NCBI RefSeq assembly: GCF_036588685.1
Contig: NC_086375.1
Span: forward strand, 89,094,001-89,158,000
Direction of reading: 5' to 3'
DNA from: Mytilus trossulus
Lineage: Eukaryota
Length of the DNA stretch: 64,000 bases
This document shows positions 25,460-37,092 of this stretch, piece by piece (position 1 is the stretch's first letter; each line of letters starts with the position of its first letter). The notes beneath the pieces were generated by a model. The model saw nothing but the letters and a program-made list of their open reading frames with translations, ran no database searches and was not told the origin of the DNA. The translations under genes and the position numbers were made by a program.

Positions 25460-27409
25460 TGTTTAAGAAATAGTAAGGAGATAAAGGGTATTACTATAGA
25501 TGATACAGAGTTTGTAATTTCTCAATATGCGGATGATACATCAGTGATATTAGATGGCTCGCCAGAATCGCTCGATGCATCTCTTCGTGTTCTCCAATTG
25601 TATGCTGAAATCTCGGGACTTAAGATTAATATAGAAAAACAAGTGTTATTTGAATAGGTAGCAAAAAACATAGCAAGGATCAAATTTATGTAAAGTGGGG
25701 ATTGAAATGGGGCTCTAGTATATTTAAGCTACTTGGAATTACGTTTTCAGTCGACCTAGATAGAATGATTAATTTAAAATATAGGCCAGTTTTAGATAAT
25801 ATAGACAACACTTTTAAAAAATGGTCAAAACAGTATCTCACCCCCTTTGGAAAGATTACCATCTTAAAAACTTAAAAACTTTGGTCATAGCTAAATTAAA
25901 TCATCTGTTTCTATCTTTTCCTACTCCAGATGAGAATATGTTACGTAATTTAACAAATAAAATGTATGCTTTTATCTGGGATAATAAACCAGATAAACGA
26001 GATCTTGTATGCCAAGATTATTATAAGGGTGGTTTAAAAATGCTAAATTTAAAGGCATTTATACAAGGACTCAAACTTACATGGGTAAGACGTCTATATA
26101 ATTCGAATTCATAGTGGGTGAGATTAGTCTCTATTGTGGAGCAATTAAATTTAATGGAATTAAGTTATATTAGGCCTATTTAAAGGTCATCAAATACATT
26201 TTGGCAAGAGGTTTTTGATGCTTGGAAAACCCTTAATCAAAATAGAAAACCAAGATGTATTGATGAAATTCTATCGTATTCTTTATGGGAGGTAGAAAAC
26301 TTTAGAATTGGTGGTTCAAGAGTCTACTATAAAAATTGGGCAAATGCGGGAATTTGGACAGTCAAGATTTGTTAGATGACCAAGGCAAAGTTATGTCATT
26401 TCAAAATTTCCAACAATTATATCAATTAAGGCCAACTATTTTACATTATTATGGAATAGCGCACTCGCTTAATGAGGGGTTAAACATGATCAATATTGAA
26501 GTAAAGGAGAAAAAAAATCATGCAATACTACCTTTTAACATAAGTATCTTTTTTGAATCAAAAAAAGGTTCAAGGGAAATTTACAAAATATTGAAGGAAA
26601 AATATGTTACATTTGCTGCAAAAGAAAAAATGGGAGAACCATCTTAATATGACTGGTATTAACTGCAAACAAATACACACTTCGTGTACAAAATATAGTA
26701 AAAGCACTAAGCTTAGCTGGTTCCAATATAGAATTATCCATAGAATTTTGAGAACTAATTCACTACTTTACAAGATGAAAATAAATAGTAACAACATATG
26801 TACATTTTGTTAAGAAGGACCAAAGACCATAGAACATTTATTTTGGAGCTGTCCGATGGTCGCCAGTATCTGGCATGCACTAAACATTTGGATTTTTGAA
26901 ATGACAAATATTGAACTGCCTTTGAATATTATGATTATTTTATTTGGAATGTACGAAAATGTTAAATTGAATTTTGTTAAAAATAAGATTATTCTACTTT
27001 CAAAATACTATATTTACCGAACAAAACTTCAAGAAGTTGTGCCAAATTTAAATGCTTTAAAAAACTATTTAAAGGAACACTTGAATTAAGAAAAATACAT
27101 TTCATTTAAAAACCTCTCTGTAGAGGAAAATAACAAGTACTGGAGTCCCTGGGCCCCTATCATAGAATAAATAATAAATGTTAAAATTTGATTGAAAAAC
27201 CACTTATGTATATTGCAAGAACACATAAGATTTCAATGTTATAAGATATTTATTTATGTTCAACCTATTATTGCACCATCATACATATTAATTTGTTGTT
27301 TTATTATTTAATACTTCTTTTGTGTGAAAATACCAATCTGTATACCTTTGTTCATACATGTTGTGCTAGTCTATTTGTTACAATAAAGAAAATTCATCAT
27401 AAAAAAAAA
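25460..27409 (+). mobile_element. 5'-truncated L1/Tx1-clade LINE with pseudogenised ORF2
   Basis: ISQYADDT RT motif, SGLKINIEK, YYKGGLKMLNL, FQYRIIHRIL.TN...CTFC*..TIEHLFWSC zf-RVT. Stops and frameshifts; AATAAA at 27382 then an A-run at 27401-27409. Confidence 0.92.
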
Positions 27410-30382
27410 TATAATGGCACTTTGTATAACTGCGATACATATACTAGTAGGAGGTCTAAGTAGCTGTTAAACAAGGCTGAACCCCAAATTTGCATCGGAT
27501 TCGTTCCGTTGTAGGGTAAAGTCAATCGTTTGATTTTGTCAGTTTTACGGTCTTCATCGTTTTGAATTTACAATAGAATTCCGTGTTTTATACTTTTTAC
27601 ACAAAATAAAACATACACCAACGCTTACCTTACCTGCATTTGACAAATCCTTTATAGAATTTTGTGTCCTCGATGGTTGACAGTTTCATTCTATATATAA
27701 GGTTTTTATCTTGATTTATTCGAACGTCACTAATGAGTCTTTTGCAGACATACGAGTTTATCATACAAAATTAAAATGCTGACATCAAAGACACATATTT
27801 CTCTTTTTTTAAATTAAATGAAACGATCGTACTCACTTTTAATATTATTTATACTCATTGAGTCTATACTTATGTCTCTTTGTTAAGACTATACACTCAT
27901 ATATCTTAGACTTTGCTATATGTCTCTTACCACAATAAAAGTCTTCATTCTGTTTCTGAAAATACATGAACATATACCTTAATGCTTCGTTGTACATATT
28001 CTTTTCAAACAGCAGAGTTGAACTCACGTATATTAAATTTATTGTCGAGATACATAAAGCATCTTTAAAATTTAGTCCTGGTATCTATGATGAGTTAATT
28101 TATAATATTTCCAAAACCTTTTGTAATAAGTCTCTCGATCGAAATTCGTTTTATTCTTTTTTTAGAACTAATGCTATGTCGATAAACCTGACTTTAGTCT
28201 GAATATATAATTTTAACTATTGAAACATAATTTGTCGTTCATTAGAAAAGTATTAGTTCAATAAAAAAAATGAAAAAATAACAAAAATGTGATTGATGAA
28301 TCTAACTGACATTTGTGAGCATGCTTTATTTTCTTTTTTTTTTATTAATTTTTGAAATGCTCGCATGCGTTTTATACTTTTAGCTCAGCGAATTATTTCC
28401 GCAATTTTTTTTTAATTTTTATCGTGGACAATCAAATAGTCCATTTGTGTCTTAACTTCTAAAATTGCTTCCCTACCTTTCACAGATCTGTCCAATTTAC
28501 CAAGTTGGACTTCCTGTAAGATATGCAGGGCCAATACATTTGTGCTGATAAGTATAACATTTGATAGTCTTCCCAGCACGTAGACAGGGAAACTACTTAG
28601 ATAATCCGGTCAATGTAATCTGGTTTGGGCTGCATGTCTAACTTGCACAGCAGGTACAATTCACATCTGACATTTATTGATTTTGTTTTCGTTTTCGTTT
28701 TTAATTTGATATTCATCATTTCTGCTTTCGCCCCTTATAAGTCGATCTACAATGTCAACAGAGATAAGCGCGATATATGGTTCCACCTTCATCTAGAAGC
28801 GTGTTTTATGAAACGTATTCCACAACTTGCATTGTATCTCTAAAGAGTATACTGTTGAACATTTTCTTCCCTGCTGATACATTGTTTAACATTTGAAGGT
28901 TCATATTCGCACGAAGTACAAGATGGAAACTCTTAATAACGAAAAGTAAAAATAACAGGGTTTTTCAAAAATATTTTTGAATTTGATAGAATGTTATAAT
29001 AGATATAGGAAGATGTGGTGTGTGTGTGCCAATGAGACAACTCTCCGTCCAAATATTCAATTCAAAAATGTAAACTATTATAGGTCAATGTACGTCCTTT
29101 GAAAATGATTTTTTTGGTCGTTTTGCGTTTACCGTTCCCGATTTATTTGTACATAATTGACGGTGAAAAATTGATAATATGAAACATTTCAATTGAGAAT
29201 AATATTAAAGAATTATGACAAATACAATCAAAACAACTACAGGCTCCTGACAGGCTTATATAGAATGGGGCGGGGTTGAACTAGTTTGAAGGGAGGTATT
29301 TTTTGATAAAGTTGAAGTTCTATCAACTTGAAACTTAGTACACATGTTTCCGATGATATAATCTTTCTAATTTAATTGCCGAATAAGGGATTACCCCCCA
29401 TTTTCACAGTCCACTGAACATAGAATATGATAGTGTAGACGGGGAATCCGTGTACTGGGGTCACATTCTTGTTATATCATCAGATCAATACACAGAAAAA
29501 AAACATCACACAAAAGTCAGACCGAACATGATATGGTATTTATTCATCAATAAAACAAGAGCGACACAACGTACAGCTCCATCGCTTTTGGTTTATGACC
29601 TGCATTTTGTTTTTTTTCTATCGATTTATGAGTTTTGAACATCGGTATACTACTGTTGCCTTTATTTACAGACCTGAGAGTTATCTGAATGGATTTCACC
29701 TTGAGTGTTTTTAACTGCTAGTGAACAATGTGACACTGTGCAAGGTAAAACATAAGTATCGACAGATTGCAGTACCGTGGCAGTTCATTTGTGTATAAAA
29801 GTAATATTGTGTATGTGTTTATTTTAATTAAATCAATCAGTTGACCAAGTGGTGCTCTTGAGCTGTTTTCTTCGATGTGGTCTGGTTGTTGTCTCATTTT
29901 CAATTTCCATTATCATTTTTTTTTATCAATACTTATACCAAAAGAAACAATATTCAAAGATTTTTTTAAAAGCAATAGTAAATATTTACCAGAACAAAAC
30001 TAAGAAAATACCAACCAAAACATAACATGTTACCGAAACAAATTTAACACGTAATTAATGTTTTAAAAAAACCCACTTAATTGAAATATATCAAAACAAA
30101 ACCAGGTGAGCGTTATCTAAGACAAGCGTAGAAACATTAACAAAATACCTGGTTGACATATATTAAAACAATACTTAAAAAAGATGAACCAAAATACTCT
30201 GAAAGAAAATGGAAATGTTTATAGGTAAAATTGTAAATCTTGGTCATTTCATAAAAGATAAGGTCAAAGATATTTTCAGAATAAGACGACATAAACGCCA
30301 CCTATCTTTAAGATAGCTCAAGATAACATAGTGCAGTCTGACAGACTTCTGTTGGAATTTAAGTGAACAAGAGACAATTCCA

Positions 30383-33095
30383 ATGGTAAGTTTATTAAAA
30401 ACGTTGTGTTAATGTTTATTTCTGTAACTTATTATTCTGGTTAATTATCAAAACTGCTTCTGATACTTGAGCTTAGTCTGTAGTAAATCTTCACAATAGT
30501 GGTCAGTTATATAAATTGTGATATTCAAATTACTTACATCAGTGCTACACATCAACAGAAAATCGGATAAAATCAATTAATTTTAGAAACAAAAAAACAT
30601 TGTTAACACTCAACTTGGTTGTTTGTTGATAACTGTATACCTCTAAAAGATTCATTGTGAAGTATTAATTTGTAAATACAAACCAGTATCCTCGAGGGTG
30701 TTTTCGTTTATTTTCTTATTGAGACGGTCACAAAAAACATGGGATCTAGATTTTTTTATCTTATTAATATAAGAAAAGAGATTGTCAATGAGACTATTCT
30801 CCAAAACAGATCAAATGACACAGAAATTAACTACTGTAGGTCATCGTACGGCCTTTAATAATGAACAAAGCTCATACGTCATAGTCAGCTATAAAATGCC
30901 TCGAAATGATTTGTGATATTTAGGACAAATTAGAAAGAAACATACTTTTTACCTGCCAAATAAGTGTTTTCAATTCATGCACAAGGATATGTTTGACTCT
31001 ATCTATTTTGTTGCATATATAAATAAGATGTGTATATTCTTCACTCATACCATCACAATAAAGTGATTCACTGGTTTATTGACATAATTTAATTATATCA
31101 AACTGAGGTTACTTCTCCTTTATTGAACAGGCTATGAGTTCCGATGCTCAGACATTATTTTAGAGAGTATATTGTTTTGTACCTTTTATCTCGACCACAG
31201 GGTAACAATTTATTTTTTTGGTGGAAGATAGATAGTCCCAGTCCAATGAAACTTTCTATAAGGTCTACACAGTTCACCCAATGAATTTTCATGGTAAAAC
31301 ATATACACTGTTATGAAAAATTCCTATGCACAACATTGCATTATTTTACGCTACTTTTTAGTTGATACAAGATGTGTGTATTGCCCTTCATTTTCTTTGA
31401 GTCTTACAGAGAAACTTCTTTGATCGTTCTCTGAATCATTGATATGTTATCCCTGCATTCGAACTGACATATATATGTATTTTAGTTATTGTATCTTACA
31501 TTTTATGCTGAGGTGATTTTATCCTAGCGTTACAGTACTATTTCACCTAAGTTTTGGTATGGTTTTTATATATATTTCTTTTCTGTATCTAACATAATTT
31601 TTATATCATTTATTACTCGCTTTATATAAAGAATTTTAATAAGATTGCTGGAACGGAATGTGCATTTTACCTCTTTCTTTTACTTTAATTTCAGAGGTAC
31701 CTACCGTTTATTCTAGTGGTGATTTGTAGTTTTGCTACCGTACACACGTGTCCAAGTTTGTGTACATGCATTGCAGATACAATATCATGCAATAACCGAG
31801 GTCTTACCGTTGTTCCCTCTTTCAGTAGTGCCGATATGTCAGGTGTCAAATTATTAGACCTAAGTCACAATAACTTTACTACGTTACCAGTGAATGCTTT
31901 TCCGAATAGTCATTTCGAAACACTCAAGCTAGACTATAATCGACTCCGGACACTACCAAATGGTACCTTTCAAGGTGTTGCTAGTGATATAAAGAACCTT
32001 GACTTAAGCAATAATGAGTTTTTAACCCTTCCAGACGCACTTGCGGCTCTAGATCACTTAATATCATTGAACGTGTCCAATAACTATCAAGGGACAAGTG
32101 ATATTAACTTGCAAAACAATGTAATGAGGGCCTTAGGGGATACATTGGAAGAGTTTACATTCGGTAGTATTAAACAGAAGGATTGGCCAAGAACTCTCAA
32201 CCATTTCCAGAACCTACATCGCTTAGAGATCACATCTCTACATCCGAACTTGATTATACTTCCACCAACAGGTTTCCATGGCTTCGAAACAACTCTTGTT
32301 GAATTGTCTATTCATGATACAAACCTGCTAACTGTTCCAATTGGTATTTCAAAGTTACGCAATTTACTTACGCTGAACTACGACAACAATCGAAATACTG
32401 GTGACAGTGGAATCCTTCTACAATCATTCCCGACAAGCAGTAATTCAAAACTTTCAACATTATCGCTAAAAGGCGACTCACTCACAGTTTTTCCTCTTGT
32501 ATTGAAATATCTTCAGAAATTGACCAAGTTTAGCATTGATAATAATCCTCTTGATTTCTTAAGCGAAACGTCTGTGGAGGGACTACATACTCTCCGTGAA
32601 TTAACAATAAGGAATTGTTCTTTGGAGCGAATACCGGCTGCTTTGGCCACAATCGCAGCATTAGGCTCTATTGACTTCTCATTTAATGCAATAGAGACGG
32701 TAGAGAAACGTGACTTACAAGGCTTCACCAATATACAAAAGCTAACTCTTTCAAATATGCCGCTGAAATATATTTCAAGGGACTCCTTAGCGCCATTGCA
32801 TAATCTACAAGTGCTTGAGCTAAATAATACTGCCCTCACAGAAGTACCACTTGCACTTAATTTCACAGATAGTCTTGCGAACGTTAGCATTGGACATAAC
32901 CGTATTGACTGTATGTGTGAAAACATGGTCTGGCTATTCCACAAGGCAGTCGAGTGTAACCCAACTGGAGTCCATGGGTTTCAGGTCATCGGTACATGTG
33001 ATACAATTCATGCCACTATTGAAGAATATTTGACGAATTTTGTAAAGAGATGCCCGGGCTACAAAGAAATCTGTAATATCATGCCGTATGGCTAA
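30383..33095 (+). CDS. Secreted leucine-rich repeat protein (LRR-2), join(30383..30385,31695..33095), ~467 aa
   Basis: CCA ATG|GTAAGT at 30383-30385 spliced to ttaatttcAG|AGG at 31695 gives MRYLPFILVVICSFATVHT-CPSLCTC (signal peptide plus LRRNT). LRR array, CMC..C..C cap, no TM; AATAAA at 33152. Confidence 0.92.
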
Positions 33096-33364
33096 AACCA
33101 TGCTTTATGGTTACTATCTGACCCGTTCTTTTATATTAAAATCAAAATTGAAATAAACTTTTTCGTATAAATATTAACACAATTGAATTGTTTGTGATTA
33201 TCATTCTCTAGTATTTTTATACTTATGTTTTAGTAATCTTCACCAATCATTTAATAAAGTACAATGCATACATAAAGAATTTCAACAATGGTTATGAATG
33301 ACAATAGGTATGACCAAGTAAATTTAACTTCAATCAACATTATTTTACCACTCGAATCTATTGC

Positions 33365-33690
33365 ACTTTAGGCAACAGTAGTTTACCTCATACATTAATT
33401 TAACTTTAGGCAACAGCAGTTTACCTCTAAACTCTTGAATTTGAGGCAAATATTAGTTACCCCATGAATCTCTGACACTTCAGGCAATAGTAGTCTACCT
33501 CACAAATATATCTAACTTTAGGCAACAGAAGTTTACCTCATTAAACTTTTGATCTTTAAGCAACAATTGATAATATTTTATAGATCAATCAAACACTACG
33601 CAACAGAAATTCACATCCTAGATCCATTGCGTTTAGGCGAATAGTAGTTTTACTCATAAACCCATAACACAGGCAACAGTAGTTTAACTC
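33365..33690. repeat. Degenerate ~38-40-bp tandem array (AGGCAACAGTAGTTTACCTC core)
   Basis: The core motif recurs near 33370, 33408, 33444, 33482, 33520, 33600, 33635 and 33671. Confidence 0.75.
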
Positions 33691-36494
33691 AATGGCGCAG
33701 TTTAAAATTATCTCTCTTAAAATTGTCCCCGTTCTTTTTTACATGTAACTAGATATTCACAAGTATAAGTCATTAGCTGACATAACCTGTTACTTACAGT
33801 TCATTATCTTATTTAATCAGGTGTTTACAAGCATCTAAGCAGCAAATGATTCACTCGTTAAATAAAATCAAAAACCTTGATAATATGTTTGAGACAAAAT
33901 AATATGCAAAGTTATTTGAATGGTTATCAAGCATAAACAATATGTTTTTGAAAGCTTGGAAAATAAGATTAAATGCATGTTTAGTTTTGAAAACATAGTC
34001 TGAGAACACATGTCACATTGTTCGTGGTCCATCTTATTCATAGTTGGTTGTTGATTGATGCCATTATCTGGAAGAATCATAAGACAATAGTATTTTCAAG
34101 GTAACTATTCAATCACAAGATTTCACAAAATATTCTACACTGCATTACATACACATGAATATAAAATTGAGAATCAAAATGGGAAATGTGTCAAAGAGAC
34201 AACAACTCGACCAAGGGGAAGAAGTCTATGCATTTGTTAATGTACAAATTGGAATTAATTAGTACCTATAACCCTCCTCGTTTACGCATGTATTGAAGTT
34301 GTTTCTGGTGTATTGCATTCGAATTATTACCTATATTGACAAAAATCCAGCTTGCTTATATTTCTAGTATAGGATCATCCTATATTGTACTGCATGAACA
34401 TATATTTGTAAATAGATTATTATAATAAAAAATCATCTTTAATCTGAAATAACTGTTTTAATTTCTTGATGTAATAAAAATGAAAAATAATATTAATAAT
34501 AGATCATCTGCATTCCTTCAAGGTAATACTTATAAGAGATTACGTTGTGGTTAGAGTTAGAGTAACTATTCAACTTGTTCTTAACACATTATTGTGTGAG
34601 TGTGACAGGTTGCAAATATTCATAAAATAAATAAAATAAAATAAGACAATCATTGGACTCAACACCAATAAAGTATCTCAGGAAAGCCTTTTGTTGATTC
34701 GGCCATCAGAAGTAATCGAATCTCGCTAAAATTATTGCAACAGGTTTTTAAATTAAACATGCTTGAAGGGTCAAATTCAGGTTAAAATTACTACAATGGA
34801 GATGATATTCCTGAACTTAACTCATCTTCGATTGTCAGGTGGTCATTTAGAATTGGTATTTGAATTGGTACTTTTGTCCTTAAACTGTGGCATTTAGGGT
34901 TCATAGCAAAGACGGATTCAGAGAAGTACATCTGATCAATTCTGTAACATGCAATAAGTACATTTGTACAATGATGCCCGATTTAATTAGCACATACTTA
35001 CAACTTCTCGTCCAATCAAATTGCTGGAATTTGCCTTCTAATTTTCATATTACATACTTTTTCCGTGTACTAAGTAACTACGCATGAATGACCACAAGGG
35101 TAAGATTTCATTGTATCGTAATCAAGATATTGAAATACAAACTGCTACTGGCTATTTTGAAATAAATTTTGTGTTCCAAATTTAACTAAATAGTTTGTAA
35201 TTAGTTTTCAAACAGATTTTTAACATCCTACTAATCAATCTTTTGATCTTAATTTAATTTTGACTTTCATTTAAATAAAGAGTAATAATTATGGTGCTTT
35301 ATACCTTGATTACAGTACAACTCAATCTAAAATTTGTAATCCTTTATCTTCCATGCAATTACTTTGTACACAAAAAGAGTCAACCATGTTTCTTTTGAAG
35401 GGAAATTATTAATAAAGCAATTTGATATATTTAGTCATAAATTGGTCGATAATTGGTTGCCTAATGTCCAGTGACAAATATTTCATGCATATAAACTATC
35501 CACTAGACTACCTATGGGTACATACCAGGGGCAGATCCAGCCATTTTTAAAAGGTGTTTCAACCAAAGATGTGGGAGGGGGATCCAACTGTTTGTACACA
35601 TTCAAAAGCATTTTCAAGATAGTTTTAGATTTTAAGTGAAATTAAAAAAATGTTTTCAAGAATGTAAAGCTTTCACTGCAATTTAAGAATTGTCTGCTCT
35701 TGGTCAATTCATTTTGTCATCTTACCATGTAAACAAGTACATGTACAGTAAAACAACGCTTCGTTTATATCAATAAACATACTTACACCAGCAGCTACCT
35801 TCTTTACATTCTAAAGTCAAGGGCCTTTTGAAATCCCATTTTTACAATGATATTATAGTGAGTAGATTTACAAAACTACGTAAATGAGCTACATCCAGTC
35901 AGCCAAAACATATCAATAGACTAGTTACAGGATTACTCAAGTTGTAAATATGTGCTAAATTGGATATTGTATAGAAAGGCTATGAAAATAAGAGTTTGGG
36001 GCAAAGCCCCGCGCTCTAATTTTCATAGTATATACCTTTTCAAAATTCCTTTAACACATACATAATGAGCAGGGGTTGTTACAGACAAACGTTCACCTAA
36101 TCTGTTCCAGTCAATGGGATAATTTAGGTCGTCAATCAATGGCCACAGCCACACTGTTTTGAATATGATTCTATTGTAATCCTGGAAGTTCATATTATTT
36201 GTCATTGATTTTGCTTTCTTACTTATCCATAACGAAACAACCCCAGTACGATATACAATCATATTATGTACAGTTTGGAAAATTCAAAAATCGAATGTAC
36301 TGGAAACTTAGCACAATCACAAATTAACCTGATACAAATCTTGACATCCAGAGTTCTGCCAGTTGTTAGTGTATATCATGTTTGTGACAGAAAGATTCGT
36401 GATCACAATTGTCTTTATAATTTAAAATTGTTTCTTACTTGAATGGCACTAACTTAAGAACAATATTTTCTTTCAAATTGAATTCTTGTATGAT

Positions 36495-37092
36495 TCATTT
36501 CTTCTTTCCTTTCTTTGGTTTAATTTTTGGTTCTACGTCCTCATATTCTTCGCTTGATGCTATTTTTTCCTCTTCAAGTTTTAGATATAAGTGTGTTCTA
36601 CTTAGATGTTCCACCGGTTCTTCGTAGCCTAGCACTTCCAGTTCTTGGACATTCTGATAAGCGTCCGTATTTTCACTGTTATCCCTGCTGTTTATTACAC
36701 GTTGTTTTTTAATTATATCTTCATATTCCTTTTGTCCTTCATTACTGTATAAACTGCCAGTATGTTTGCCTGTTTGTTCGTCCTCCATAGCCACATATTC
36801 CATTTGAGGTTCCACGTTTTTGTCGTTATTCATATTGCTCTGGCCTTCCATTGGCATGTACTCTGCGTCAAGTGTATTGTCTGATATCACTGTATCCGCC
36901 TCGTTTTGATAAGTTGTACATGTATTTAATGACTTCTCTTCATCTTTATTACAAATGGTTTGCTCAGTGTGCTCATAATGGTTTGGCTTTGATTTCCGTC
37001 CAGTTTTGAAAACATCTTTGTTGGTGCTATTCACTTCTTCACTTTTGAGAGCTTCGTGAGTTGGAACGGGATCGAATCTTCGTCTATGAAAT
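36495..37092 (-). CDS. Receptor A exon 6: cytoplasmic Tyr-motif tail
   Basis: catttcAG acceptor, in frame with ORF 36495-37034; motifs YQNE, YMPM, YVAM, YSNE, YEDI, YQNV, YEEP, YLKL, YEDV. Confidence 0.85.

Noticed and set aside
27629-27640. ATG CAG|GTAAG on the minus strand as the LRR-1 first exon
   Set aside because: Sits in a diverged copy of repeat family B (compare 24785-24835), so probably fortuitous.
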